NCBI GenBank assembly: GCA_951406725.2
Contig: OX597829.1
Location: 26,288,001-26,352,000, forward strand
Direction: 5' to 3'
From: Octopus vulgaris
Taxonomy: Eukaryota
DNA: 64,000 nucleotides
Below are positions 39,734-53,062 of this stretch, in pieces. The notes below the pieces were generated by a model, which searched no databases, had not been told where the DNA came from, and saw only the letters and a list, made by a program, of their open reading frames with translations. A program made the translations under genes and the position numbers. How positions within the stretch are numbered: position 1 is the first letter of the stretch; every line of letters starts with the position of its first letter.

Positions 39734-39841
39734 ATCCAAACAAGAAAACACAGAAAAAAAGAGAAAAAAAAAGAGAAAAAAAGAGAAAAAAACACAGCAA
39801 CGCAGGACGTGGAACAATTAAAGTATTATTGACGCTCAGGA

Positions 39842-40140
39842 GGAGGCGCAATGGTTAGGGCAGCGGACTCGCGGTCGTAGGATCGCGGTTTCGATTCCCA
39901 TACCGGGCGTTGTGAGTGTTTATTGAGCGAAAACACCTTAAAGCTCCACGAGGCCCCGACAGGGGGTGGTGATCCCTGCTGTACTCTTTCACCACTCTTT
40001 CACCACTCTTTCACTCGCTCTTTCTTCTATTGGCCTGCTCGCTTAGCCAGCGGGGTGGCGTCATTCGAAGGCTAAAACAATGCGAACGTATTGTGACCAG
40101 CGATGTGTAACAACATCTGATGGCCTGGTCGGTCACGTAG
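39842..40140 (+). mobile_element. tRNA-derived SINE (third family)
   Basis: Head GGAGGCGCAATGGTTAGGGCAGCGGACTCGCGG...GGTTTCGATTCC with A/B boxes. Confidence 0.75.
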
Positions 40141-40256
40141 TGTCGTAGATATATATATATATATAAAATATTATTAGAGACAAAACCACTATTTTGCAAA
40201 ACAAACAAGGAAAGACTTAATCAATACATAAAATTTTATAAATATCAAAAAAATTT

Positions 40257-40303
<47 letters not shown>

Positions 40304-40304
40304 G

Positions 40305-40590
40305 TAGATGTAATCGCATAGCAAGTGATTTGATCTGAGATCGTGTGCTGAAACGAAAACAATTGCAGCGTGGAAGGTGTTTGTAAGCCATTTAAGAAAC
40401 ACACAAAAGCCGTTCGATTCACTTCAATATTTAAGTTTAATCTTAGATGCAGCACGGATTTTTGTCAGTGAACAGGTCGCGGATTTTAGCGACGAAAATA
40501 TTTTGACAAATTAAACTTAAATGTTGAAGTGAATCGAACGGCTTTTGTGTGTTTCTTAAATGGCTTACAAACACCTTCCACGCTTTAATT
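40305..40590. repeat. Fold-back of a PLE 3' end (same family as 46540-46870)
   Basis: AGCGTGGAAGGTGTTTGTAAGCC...TTTAAGTTTAAT pairs with ATTAAACTTAAA...CAAACACCTTCCACGCT; (TA)n on both sides. Confidence 0.9.
40461..40510 (+). ncRNA. Minimal type I hammerhead, G3:C8 core variant
   Basis: TTTGTCA-GTGAACA-G-GTCGC(GGATTTTA)GCGAC-GAAA-ATAT-TT-TGACAAA. Confidence 0.78.
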
Positions 40591-40591
40591 G

Positions 40592-40645
<54 letters not shown>

Positions 40646-40906
40646 CATAAATGCGCCCTTTTAAAGCCTACCCAGGCTCATGGGCCCGGATTTCCCGGTT
40701 TCAATGGCGTATGTGCTCCCCAGCTGGATGAGACGCCAGTCCATCGCAGCGTTACTCATTTTTGCCAGATGAGTGGACTGGAGCAACGTGAAATGAAGTG
40801 TTTTGCTCAAGAACACAACGCGTCCAAGAATCGAAACCACAACTTTACGATCATGATGCTGACACCCTAACCACTAAGCCATGCGCCTCCACACATACAC
40901 ACACAC

Positions 40907-40937
<31 letters not shown>

Positions 40938-41084
40938 GATAGGTAGGTAGGTAGGTAGGTAGGTAGATAGGTAGGTCGGTAGGTAGGTAGGTAGATAGTT
41001 AGGTAGGTAGGTAGGCAGGTGGGTAGTTAGGTAGGTAGGCTGGTAGGTAGGTAAATAGATAGATAGATAGATACCAGAAAATTT

Positions 41085-42200
41085 TATCGTTACAAGATTC
41101 AGGAGACCAGCAAAGTGTTCCCTCCACTTCCCAAGGATGCTCATCTCTGCAGAGAAAAGAATCCCCCACCGAATTCTTAATGGGAAGTGTAGAAGAGGGC
41201 TTCTTGTTACGAAGTCGGCGGATGATCTGCCCGAATACTTTATTGGCCAATCTCAAGTCAGAGTCCAGCTTGACTCCAAAGTCCTCCCATAACATATTTT
41301 AGATGTTTTTAGTTTCTGCTACAAGATTTCGCGCTTCAGTGTACCGACTGCGCAAAAGGGTAAACTTGTTTCTAAGTCAAACCTTGTAAGCTTCTTTGCT
41401 CAGATGGCGTTTTAAACTTTCTGGTTAAAGTAGGGGGTTCTTTTACCACTTGACTCCACACCAAACGGCTTTCATCCATAGCATTTTACAGCCGAAGAAT
41501 AAACTGCCAAACTAAACAATCTCCACTCAATTTCGATATAATCAGTTTGTTCAGGAAAGTCTCCGAATTTGGATGCAATAGTGTTTGCATATTTTTTCCG
41601 GAAACCACTATTCGCCACGTTATCCTGTAAGCCGACTTATCAGTTTTGTGAGCTCTCCTGGTTGTAGTCTCATCTACGTAGTGTCAGTTGATAGTTTCCC
41701 ACCCCACCCTCTCTTTACCGGAACATCAAATACAAAATCAAAGAGACGATAGGAAAATCGATCAGTGACCTCTTATGGATATCTGTGCTCGAAAAATGTG
41801 CTCAAAAATGGAGTACCCATTTTCCGCCCAGAAGTCTATTAAGGCCTCTCCATTTGCAACGAGTCTGGTCATCCATCGGTGCCAACATGATTGAAGTCTC
41901 CTTGTAGGACAAATGGCTCAGTCTTATCAACATCTAAAGCTGCAGTCACATTTTCAAAGAAGTGTTTATATTGGCCTCGCTTTAGGTGCATATACTTGCA
42001 ACTGCTACAGCGGGCCTTTAAGCCTAAGCTTCAGGAGACAAACCCTCTCGACTAGTGGGATCCACTCCATAACACAATCCGATAGTTGAGGTCTTGTGAA
42101 TATCCCCACTCCCACCTGTGCAAACATAGTTGGCACCACACCTGAATAGTGAAGCTTCCACCCTCCGTCGAATTTGCAGTACCAGAACCTCGGATCCTTT
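41085..42200 (-). mobile_element. RTE-clade (Expander/Rex3-like) LINE endonuclease-linker fragment
   Basis: LWEDFGVKLDSDLRLANKVFGQIIRRLR, ILGKWREHFAGLLN. Confidence 0.65.
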
Positions 42201-42209
42201 TAGAGAAAA

Positions 42210-42584
42210 GTAGCAGTATCGCCCGGCGTTGCTCGGGTTTGTAAGGGAAATAACTATAAAGCATTTTTAGAGAGTTATAGCCAAAAAAGGGAAAAAAAAT
42301 TATGGTAAATTTTTTTTTTAGTTAAAAAGGTCGAGTTGCGTCCCCTAGACAGTCTGTGGTTTGTGTTTCTGATTGTTGACCCCATGTCGAATTTATCGAT
42401 TTTTTTCAGAACTGGGGGAACTTTTCAAAATTTTCGCTGCGTTAGTTTTGAATTATGACATTGGGCTATGTGTGTCAAGTTTCATCAGAATCGGTTGAAA
42501 GCCGTGGTCAGGGTGAGGGTACAACCTAACAGACACACAGAAACACACACAGACAAACTGCCGTTTATATATAGAGAGAAGAGA
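42210..42584 (-). mobile_element. Non-autonomous Helitron, ~375 bp
   Basis: The minus strand begins TC.. and ends with hairpin CCCGAGCAACGCCGGG plus CTAC (CTAG variant), between A and T. Confidence 0.72.
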
Positions 42585-42789
42585 TACCGACTATATCTAG
42601 CCAGTAGTGTTTGGCTTCCTCCACTAGTTTCTGTTCTTTACTCGTAAGAGTTGTGACATCCCAGTTCCCAAACACTAATATTGCTACTGTTTACATCTCG
42701 CTCAGAGATTTGATATAGCCTATACACACACACACACACACACATATATATGTATACAAACGCGCGCGCACACATTACATACACACATA

Positions 42790-42793
42790 TATG

Positions 42794-42825
<32 letters not shown>

Positions 42826-43250
42826 TGTATGTATGTATGTATGTATGTATACATGCATGTATGTATGTATGTATGTATGTATGTATGTATGTATGTATGT
42901 ATGCATACATGCATGTATGTATGTATGTATGTATGTATGTATGTATGTATGTATACATGCATGTATGTATGTATGTATGTATGTATGTATGTATGTATGT
43001 ATGTATACATGCATGTATGTATGTATGTATGTATGTATGTATGTATGTATACATGCATGCATGCATGTATGTATGTATGTATGTATGTATGTATGTATGT
43101 ATGTATGTATGTATACATGCATGCATGTATGTATGTATGTATGTATGTATGTATGTATGTATGTATACATGCATGTATGTATACGTACGCACGTATGCAT
43201 GCATACATACATACATACATGCATACATTCATACATACATACATGTGTAT
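42790..43250. repeat. (TATG)n microsatellite with periodic ACATGC interruptions
   Basis: Seen directly. Confidence 0.95.
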
Positions 43251-43743
43251 GCGCATATTATATGTAAACCTGCGTAGTAACATATAAACATGTCAAATTG
43301 ACCTATTTCTCCGTAGATTGAAAAGTTACGAACCACCTTTATCAATTTAAAAATCTATTTTTGGAGTCGCATCAAAAGTGTCTTTGTCATTCAGCCAATC
43401 CCCGGAATGAATAAGCAGTCAATCTGTTTCTATATATGTGAAAGCTAATAAGCCCCATAGAACTGGAGCTATACTAATTCGCTGCTAATACGTGTTTAAC
43501 ACGTAAAGGCTGTCTGTGAGCTGGCAGAATCGTTAAGCGCGCCGGGCAAAACGCTTGACATGTCGTCCGCCTTCCGTTCTGCGTTCAAATTCTGCTGAGG
43601 TCGATACTGACTTTCATCCTCATAAAATAATGTAATGGACATACTCCTCCCGCAAAAATTGCTGGCCTTCTGCCAAAATGCGAAACCAATGTTTTTAACA
43701 CAGTATTAAGCATCAAAGGAATGCATACATACTACCACGGCTT

Positions 43744-44070
<327 letters not shown>

Positions 44071-44217
44071 GAAATAGAAAGATGAATAATCTTGTTGCAG
44101 ATTAATCAAAAGTTTAACCGATACCTTGGTAGCAAAAATCACAGCAGAAGACGGCACGGTTGGAGGTACAACCATATGATGTTGCAACCGTGCGTTGGTG
44201 CGGATAATTGAATTTTA

Positions 44218-44270
44218 ATATTATTAGTGAATTGAAGAAATGGAGTTCAACTCCATTTCTTCAATTCACT

Positions 44271-44278
<8 letters not shown>
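44218..44278. repeat. Perfect 30-bp hairpin with a 1-nt loop
   Basis: ATATTATTAGTGAATTGAAGAAATGGAGTT-C-AACTCCATTTCTTCAATTCACTAATAATAT. Confidence 0.95.
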
Positions 44279-44331
<53 letters not shown>

Positions 44332-44448
44332 CACAGCTCATTAGCTGAAACTGGAAAAATCAAAATCAAAATCAAATCATATATATATATAACCAAGTCT
44401 CTCTCTCTCATATATATATATATTCACAGTCGAGAGAGAGAGACTTGG

Positions 44449-44512
<64 letters not shown>

Positions 44513-44694
44513 CCAGTCTCTCTCTCCGACTGTGAATATATATATATATATATATATATTCACAGTCGAGAGAGAGAGACTTGGTTATATGGTAAGGTGT
44601 TTGCTTCTCAACCACTTGCTTTCGGGTTCAATCTACGAGTACGACCAAAGTCTTGGTTGTAGATTTGGTAGACGGAAACTGAAAGAAGTGTCAT

Positions 44695-44755
<61 letters not shown>

Positions 44756-44756
44756 C

Positions 44757-44861
<105 letters not shown>

Positions 44862-44877
44862 ATGTATATGTATATGT

Positions 44878-45310
44878 AGGTGCAAGAGTGGCTGTGTGGT
44901 AAGAAGCTTGCTTCTCAACCACATGGTTCCGGGTAGTCCCACTGCGTGTTTTCTTGGGCGTCTTCTAATATAACCTCGGGTTGACCAAAGCCTTGTGAGT
45001 GAATTTGGTAGAGGGAAACTGAAAGAAGCCCGTTGGTGTTGCGCCACAAGGCAAGGCTGGAGGCCCTCCTTATGTTGTTACTGGTTACCTTTGTCTGTGT
45101 TTGTCCCCCTCCCCCAGCATCGCTTGACAACCGATGCTGGTGTGTATACGTCCCCGTATCTTAGCGGTTCGGCAAAATAGGCCGATAGAATTAATACTAG
45201 GCTCATAAAGAATAAGTCCTGGGGTCGATTTGCTCAACTAAAGGCGGTGCTCAAGCATGGCCGCAGTCAAGTGACTTAAACAGGTAAAAGAGTAAAAGAG
45301 ATAAAAGAGT
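44878..45310 (+). mobile_element. Main tRNA-derived SINE
   Basis: Matches 63483-63938. Confidence 0.85.
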
Positions 45311-45422
45311 ATATATGTATATACGTAGGTAAGCAGAGTTAGCGGTTGTAATAACCATCTAAGGGACCCCCTTCCCTTCGTTTATTTTATTTTATTTTAT
45401 TTTATGTTATGTATTTGCACTC

Positions 45423-45533
45423 ACTCTGATGAAATTCCATGTGCTAGATTGAATGTGCTGTGAAGATGAATATTATTTTCGGAATTTCTTTCGTACGCAC
45501 CGACTAACATTGGAGGCGGAAACGGCCGTAAGA
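45423..45533 (+). ncRNA. Type I hammerhead motif with long stem II (PLE 3' end)
   Basis: CTGATGA at 45426-45432, GAAA at 45519-45522, palindromic CGGCCG, TA site; stem I is weak. Confidence 0.62.
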
Positions 45534-45635
45534 AATGTTGTCATGTTTTGTATTTAAAAATAATCAACCGATGTTGGTCAATTTATTTGCTTGCTAATCA
45601 TAGGTTTTATCCATTTTCTGATTATATAAATCATT

Positions 45636-45703
<68 letters not shown>

Positions 45704-45709
45704 TATATA

Positions 45710-46274
45710 TATTTCGTTTTGGGATTTGGTTTGCAAGATTCTTTATATGAGTTCGTGTGTTGAAGCATATTCTGTTGTGCCTGGAAAGAGTAATTTTCTT
45801 TTTGTGCCTTATAATGTAACACACTCACCGGTAAAAAGCATATGGATATGAAAATAAACAGATCAACATACAGACGGATAGGTACATAGGTTATAAAAAC
45901 AGACAAGCACACAGACGCAAATGGAGACTGACACACATGACCATATACACACGCACACACTTTACTCCACATAAGGACACATATGGAGACACGGACCCAC
46001 ACATATAGAGATGTACATCCATACACACAAACGAACATGGTACATAGTTGCATAACACACACACACACACATGCACACACAAGGAGACAGAGGTGCATAC
46101 ATATACAAAAACACACGCTCAAACACATACATACATAGAAAATACACAAACATGGACATGCAAGCACATGAATATACAGGATACATACATACAGATGCAC
46201 ACACAAACATATATACATACATACACATCCATACATACATACACACATATACACGTATATGCATGCATGCATAG

Positions 46275-46314
<40 letters not shown>

Positions 46315-46491
46315 ACACTGACCCACACACATGCTCACAAACAAACAAAAAGTAACTCAGTGTAAATAGCGGACAGAGTCAAGACGCAACGAAAATTTTA
46401 GGAAAATAAAAATAAGAAATAAGTGGAAATTTTACCGGTGAGTGTGTTACATTATAAGGCACAAAAAGAAAATGAATCTCCCCAGACACAA
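45710..46491. repeat. Inverted PLE 3'-end arms around a CA-rich spacer
   Basis: TTTTCTTTTTGTGCCTTATAATGTAACACACTCACCGGTAAAA (~45795-45837) is inverted at ~46430-46472. Confidence 0.82.
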
Positions 46492-46492
46492 A

Positions 46493-46537
<45 letters not shown>

Positions 46538-46613
46538 ACAATTGCAGCGTGCGAAGGTGTTTATAAGCCATTTAAGACAAAACCGTTAGATTTACTTCAA
46601 CATTTAAATTCAA

Positions 46614-46664
46614 TTTGTCAAAATATTTTCGTCGCTTTGAGACCGCGACCTGTTCACTGACAAA
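46614..46664 (-). ncRNA. Minimal hammerhead, G3:C8 variant (left arm)
   Basis: Exact reverse complement of 46683-46733. Confidence 0.78.
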
Positions 46665-46682
46665 GCTGATGCAGTACGAAGC

Positions 46683-46733
46683 TTTGTCAGTGAACAGGTC
46701 GCGGTCTCAAAGCGACGAAAATATTTTGACAAA
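46683..46733 (+). ncRNA. Minimal hammerhead, G3:C8 variant (right arm)
   Basis: TTTGTCA-GTGAACA-G-GTCGC(GGTCTCAAA)GCGAC-GAAA-ATAT-TT-TGACAAA. Confidence 0.78.
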
Positions 46734-46993
46734 TTGAATTTAAATGTTGAAGTGAATCTAACGGTTTTGTGTGTTTCTTAAATGGCTTATAAACACCTTC
46801 CATGCTGCAATTGTTTTCGTTCCAGCACACAATCTCAGATCAAGTCACTTGCTATGCAAGTACATCTCCGTAATATATATATATATTACGAGACAGAGAA
46901 AAGCAGAATGCCACTTATATTTGAACACTATACAAATATTCCTTTAAAAAAACTTTTCTTTTAATTTTTCTAAATTTAATTATTTAATCGTTA

Positions 46994-47031
46994 CAGTTGA
47001 AAAGGTCTCAAAATGACCGAAACCGGTACTG
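46994..47031 (+). ncRNA. Minimal hammerhead, U3:A8 variant
   Basis: CAG-TTGAAAA-GGTC(TCAAAAT)GACC-GAAA-CCGG-TA-CTG. Confidence 0.72.
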
Positions 47032-47079
47032 AAATATTCTTTATAAAATTATTTTAGCATTTTCTACTTAGACTTGTTT

Positions 47080-47126
<47 letters not shown>

Positions 47127-47132
<6 letters not shown>

Positions 47133-47830
47133 GGTTCCGGTATGAAGGAATCCACTGGCAGCTAGGTCCCCGTTATAGTACGGGGCCGTTGCGTCGAAAA
47201 CCTCTTGGTTGAATGAAAGGATCGTGATATTTTTACTAACACCCTTCACCAGATTTTTGAAAATGATGGGTGGGTGGTAGGAGACTGTGGTGATGTATGT
47301 TAACCACTCGTTCGGTTTGCGGTAGGGCCTGTACCAAAGCCCAAGTCGAGCGTAACATCGAAGTCCGCGGTTGTGAGGTTGGTTTCTGTGATTTTTGATC
47401 CCATGGAGGCAAGCGTGCTGATTAAGTCTTTTCTAAGCCTGTCTAGTGTATGCCCGTTTTCCCCCTAGAGATGGCCAGGGCGTTATCTCTGTAGAGGCTA
47501 AAGAAAACAGAGAGGAACTTTTCTTAAGGATATCGAGGATATATAACCCGATGAGGTCGCATACGTCAGCTCTGTCGAAGGCTCCCAACGCTACGTCAAA
47601 GGAGCCTGTGGGGTCGGATTGCTTGACCCATGCCGAACCTTTGTTGAACAGCACTGTCTTTCTGGCATACATAATGACTTCTATATCTCTGTCGCTAATG
47701 TTAGTGAAGCCCCTAGCGAAAGCAAACACCTTTATCGGTCCTTTTGATATAGATGAGTAAAAGTCGACTATATCAATTTGAGTGAACCTTGTGCTGCCGC
47801 TTCCCTTGTTGGTGCTGAACCATGAGGCCC
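47127..47830 (-). mobile_element. Naiad-type PLE RT fragment (inverted arm)
   Basis: DIVDFYSSI, MYARKTVLFN, FDVALGAFDRADVCDLIGLYIL, LYRDN. Confidence 0.85.
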
Positions 47831-47907
47831 TCCTTATGTCGTTACACCTTTGAGTAGTGAGGCATTTCCTCCATATTTTTAAGAGGTCTTGGGTCCACAG
47901 GTTTTTG

Positions 47908-47966
47908 GGATCTGACGATACACCATAAAGCTAAACTCTTTATGGACAGGAAACCTAAGGTAATCT
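47908..47966 (+). ncRNA. Hammerhead motif with canonical core (truncated sister copy at ~50066)
   Basis: GGAT-CTGACGA-..CCATAAAG/CTTTATGG..-GAAA-CCTAAGG-TA-ATCT; the base of stem II is mismatched. Confidence 0.68.
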
Positions 47967-48785
47967 CATAAACCGGTCTTCTTCAATATCACGATCCTTT
48001 CATTCAACCAAGAGGTTTTCGACGCAACGGCCCCGTACTATAACGGGGACCTAGCTGCCAGTGGATTCCTTCATACCGGAACCCAATAATCGCAGAAGAA
48101 AGCGCTGCAGAAATATCATTTGGTTCAACCCCTTCTCTCTTAATAAAAAACACACGTGGGTAGAATATTCCTTAAATTATTAGATAAGCATTTCGTCCGG
48201 CGTGCTAACGTTTCTGCCAGCTCGCCGCCTTCAACAGGCACAACGTTCGTGTCTCGTTTAGCTGTGCCCTCAATATTAAGGGCATCCTAGTTAGCGCCCC
48301 TAAACCACAGGAAGAGGCAGGATGTTCATGCAGAGACCGCAACAGCTGCCCGGTGGGAGGCCACTGCGAAACCAAAAGGGTCATCTATGAAGCCGAAGCC
48401 AGCAAACCCTGGCAATACCACCGGTAGAAGCAGTAGCAGCCGAAGACAGGAGAACAGAACTAGCAACACCGCCATCATCGCCACGGTTAACAACATTAGC
48501 AACAATAACAATAAAGTACCAGCGACAGCCATTGGCAATTCTCTCGACAGCATCGACAGCAGTAACAACAGCAACATCACTATTATCAGCAGCAGCCGTC
48601 TAAGAATTTGGACCTGGAGATCTCCATTTGCAGCGACTTCGAGGGCCACCTCCTAGTGGTGTCGGGCGTCAACGAAGAGCCCTCGACTACAACAAGACGA
48701 CGAAAGTTTTTTTTTCCAAGGTCTGGGGTTTCCCGCCCCTAAACCCTAGGCCATCACCTAATCACCCTTACCCGTCTTGTTGCTT

Positions 48786-48786
<1 letters not shown>

Positions 48787-48822
<36 letters not shown>

Positions 48823-48877
48823 GCAGCAGCAGCAGCAGCAACAACAACAACAGCAACAACAACAGCAGCAACAACAG

Positions 48878-48921
<44 letters not shown>

Positions 48922-49100
48922 GCAACAACAACAGTAGCAACAACAACAACAACAACAACAAGCAGCAGCATTACCAACAGCTGCCCTAACGTCCGCAGCA
49001 GCAAACCTGACAACCTCTATAGCAGCAGCAACAGGTCCAGTGCCACTGCCAGCAATAACGGCAATAATGGCAGCAATGGCAACAGCAGCAGCAGCAGTGC
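48787..49100. repeat. (CAA)n/(CAG)n compound microsatellite
   Basis: Seen directly. Confidence 0.92.
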
Positions 49101-49239
49101 CAGTGGCCCCTAGCAGAAACACCAGCGGAACCACAGCTAATGACACCTCTAGCAGCAATGCCAACTTTCACACCAGTGACGAGGAGCACAATAACAACAA
49201 CAGCGCTTTCTCCATAACTGGCAGTGGTGATACCATTAC

Positions 49240-49472
49240 CTATTTCTTTATTGCCCACAACGGGCTAAACACAGTGGGGACAAACAAGGACAGACATAGG
49301 TATTAAGTCGATTACATCGACTCCAGTGCGTAACTGGTACTTAATTTATCGACCCCGAAAGGATGAAAGGCAAAGTCGACCTCGGCGGAATTTGAACTCA
49401 CAACGTAACGGCAGACGAAATACCACTAAGCATTTCGCCCGGCGTGCTAACGTTTCTGCCAGCACGCCGCCT
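49240..49472 (-). mobile_element. tRNA-derived SINE, fourth family (also 50895-51118 minus, 43515-43690 plus, ~9250-9420 minus)
   Basis: The reverse complement has B box GAGTTCAAATTCC followed by GCCGAGGTCGACTTTGCCTTTCATCCTTTCGGGGTCGATAAA. Confidence 0.82.
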
Positions 49473-50231
49473 GGTGATACCATTACCGACACCACCATCA
49501 CATCCAGCAGTCCCAGCTCCAACAACCATGTCTGAGGCAGCAGCAGCAACAACAACAATAACAACTACTACTACACCAGCAGATACAGCACCGACAACAC
49601 ACGCTCACGGAGATACATTGGATGTTCCGGGAACTCTTTCAACCAACGCCTCTCCAACAGCAGGTCCTCCCTCAGAGTTCCGGAAAGGTGATACGTAATA
49701 TCACTGGGCAGCCACGTCTGGCAGCTAAGAGACAATGGGATTCCATACTCGATCTCATAGAAAATCCTCGAGACCCCAGGCCCCTACACCAACGGGACGA
49801 AGCGTTGCATATTATGCATAGCTGAATGCGCGAGAATCTTAAAGATCTCACTCGAACCAAGGGACACCCTTAATTTCAGAACGGAGATTTTCGGGCCATG
49901 TTTAAATTTCAGGAGGTTCCTACTAGCTTTCTGGGGTCCACAAGATGGCGGCACAGTCGGAAGTCGATAGCCAGTAGCGAAGGGAGATAATCCCCAATTG
50001 TTACCTTTGAGTAATGAGGCAGTTCCTACATATTTTAAAGATCTCTTGGGTCAACAAGTTTTAGAGATCTGACGATACGCCATAAAGCTCATCTCTTTAA
50101 CCGGCTTTCCCCATTTCTAATATATACTGTTCTATATCTTACAATGCGCTTCTTCTTTCAGATTTAAATGTAACCACATCTGAATCGTTGGCGATTATCT
50201 TCTTCCGTCTTCCATTCTTGGACTTTTCTCT

Positions 50232-50267
50232 GTTTCCGAAGAAGAGCGTCGGCTCGAAACGTTAAAC
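50232..50267 (+). ncRNA. Minimal hammerhead-like motif in a PLE 3' end (U4>C)
   Basis: GTTT-CCGAAGA-A-GAGC(GTCG)GCTC-GAAA-CG-TT-AAAC. Confidence 0.6.
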
Positions 50268-50359
50268 CGTCTTTCTTTCCTTCCCTGAACGTCTGCTAAT
50301 ACTTTACATGTACCACGTCCACGCGTTGTTGTTTTTTTGTGTTTGTTCTTCTTTTTGGG

Positions 50360-50496
<137 letters not shown>

Positions 50497-52102
50497 GTAT
50501 GTCTGTGTTTGTCCCCACCATCGCTTGACAACCGATGTTGGTGTGTTTACGTCCCTGTAACTCAGTGATTCAGCAAAAGAGGCTGATAGAAAAAGTACTA
50601 GGCTTACAAAGAATAAGTCCTGGGATCGATTTGTTCGACTAAAGGTAGTATTCCAGCATGGCCGCAGACAAATGACTGAAAAGAATAAAAGAATATATGT
50701 GTGTGTGGGGGTGGTGGTGCAAATATACCAACAGTGGTTGTGAAGCATTTCTGATCGTGTTATGACAAACACGATCATAGTAACATACACGCACAAGCAC
50801 ACAATCGCGCGCGCACGCACACACACACATATACGGCAGTAACTGAGGACACCAGTATCGCGCCCAACAATAACAGTAACAATGGCAGCAATACCTATTT
50901 CTTTACTACCCACAAGGGGCTAAACACAGAGAGGACAAACAAACGGATTAAGTCGATTATATCGAACCCAGTGCGTAACTGGTACTTATTTAATCGACCC
51001 CGAAAGGATGAAAGGCGAAGTCGACCTCGGCGGAATTTGAACTCAGAACGTAACGGCAGACGAAATACGGCTACGCATTTCGCCCTGTGTGCTAACGTTG
51101 CTGCCAGCTCACCGCCTTATGGCAGCAATACCCAGCTCACCCAATGGCAGCAATACCAGTAGCACCACTACCAGCAACGAATCCGGAAGTAACAACAACA
51201 ACCGCAGCAATGATGACTTTAACAGCCGTAACATTAATTACTAGGACAAGGGCGCAGACACAGAAATATATGGGATCTACAGAGAGTCCATTCAAGCGTT
51301 CTCCGAACAATTACAGGTCATATTTTAGGATACCAAAGTGACCAGCTACGTATGGCGTTTAAAAGAAGTGGGTACACCATGCATAAATAAATGGAGGCTC
51401 CTAGAACAACCGGGACCGTATCAAGGGGAACAAATGACGTAAGCTTTGCTTAGTTGACAGAGCAAGAAACATGAAAAACTCACTAGATTCGGAGACCTTC
51501 ATATACTCCAAAAAAGTGATGTTTTGTCGGTGTTCTCTCCAGAAGAAATTCATGTTGTAGACAGCATTCCTCGTTTGCCATCTAGGAAAAGCAATAAACT
51601 CATTTTGGACTTAACCAGAGCCAATCTAAGGGGGATAACTCCACCTCGCTTATATTTGCTGCCAGTAAGAATTTCGTTCCGGAATTGTTTGTTTAGAAAC
51701 TTAACTAACCACGACGTGTTCTTCCCTCGAGTTGTAGAGAGGTTTGTACCTCTAGCTAACGAGTCGCATATACAGCTAAGAGCTTTATAGGTGCGGAGCC
51801 GATGTTCACTCTCTGACCGGCCACGACAAACAACTTTACAAAAGTGTAAGGCTCAGATATGAATTTGATTTGATTTTCGAAATAGGCACTCCAAAAAGAA
51901 GGTTTTCAGTAAATCATAATAAAAAAACATAACTTGACACGAGGAATAACTCAACTTTTAGATCGCTAAATCTTTTTTCTATGTCATATCTATCTACCTG
52001 TCTTTCTCTGTCTTTTACGTTCTCCCCTCCTCTTTATAGATATTTACCACACACTCTCACTCTTTCTCTGTATATGTGTATCTTTCATGCATGCTGCTGT
52101 CC

Positions 52103-52143
<41 letters not shown>

Positions 52144-52418
52144 TTCTTGATATTGTATATGCTTTCTTTTTGTTTAAAATTTACTTTCATTTTGTGATAG
52201 ACAGCTATCACGAAGAACATGCTAGCTCCCAAATCCTGCTTTGTGATTGGGTAAAAAAAAAATGATCAAACATCTGCGACATTTTTCTAAAATTTTTCTG
52301 GAATAAATGAATCACAAAATCGAATTTAGCGTGAAAGTTACATCAATATACTGAATCTGAAAATTCTCACTGAATTTTAAAGCTTCAAAAGATCCCCCTC
52401 TCTCTATCTGTCTCTCTC

Positions 52419-52696
52419 TCTCTCTGAGCATAGGATGCATCGATTAGATGATAAGCGCACGGATTCAGGAGACGAAGTCCCACTTCAGTTCGAACGAGAT
52501 AAATTTCTAGTGAGTCTTGGTTTTGCCATGACTATCAACTAATCGCAAGGGCAAACATCTCTCTGAGCATAGGATGCATCGATTAGATGATAAGCGCACG
52601 GATTCAGGAGACGAAGTCCCACTTCAGTTCGAACGAGATAAATTTCTAGTGAGTCTTGGTTTTGCCATGACTATCAACTAATCGCAAGGGCAAACA
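52419..52696. repeat. Perfect 139-bp tandem duplication
   Basis: 52419-52557 equals 52558-52696. Confidence 0.93.
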
Positions 52697-52934
52697 TTTT
52701 CGGTTGCCGGTTTTCACCTTGAAGAGCCTAATGGTTAGCTTTACGTAGAATATTCAAGAGTAGGCAATAAGAAAATATCTACATCTATGCAGCAAGCGTA
52801 AAAACAAATAATGCAGAAATGCCCCAAATAATGCAGAAATCCGTTCTGATCAAGAGGATTAGCTGTCAGAGATCGGGGAAAATATGGTCTGATATGGAAT
52901 AAAAAAAATTGAAATAAAAGCCCCCTATTGTGAA

Positions 52935-52967
52935 AACCGCCCGGCAACGAAGGGCTACTAAGCTAGT
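52935..52967 (+). mobile_element. Helitron 3' terminus (5' end not determined)
   Basis: Hairpin GCCCGGCAACGAAGGGC followed by CTAG|T at 52963-52967. Confidence 0.6.
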
Positions 52968-53062
52968 ATATATATAGTTGAAATTTATAGAAAAACAAAA
53001 GACGAAGACAGGTGTGTGAACAAGTAAGTGCATTAGTTTGACAATCGGGAAAATGAAAGAGT

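Larger units (their letters stand above)
46540..46870. repeat. Fold-back of a PLE 3' end with a hammerhead in each arm
   Basis: ~127-bp arms around the loop GATGCAGTACGA (46668-46679). Confidence 0.92.

Noticed and set aside
48628-49306. Poly-T/A/N/S/Q ORFs suggesting a low-complexity protein
   Set aside because: A CAA/CAG microsatellite inside a broken PLE, with no splice or domain support.
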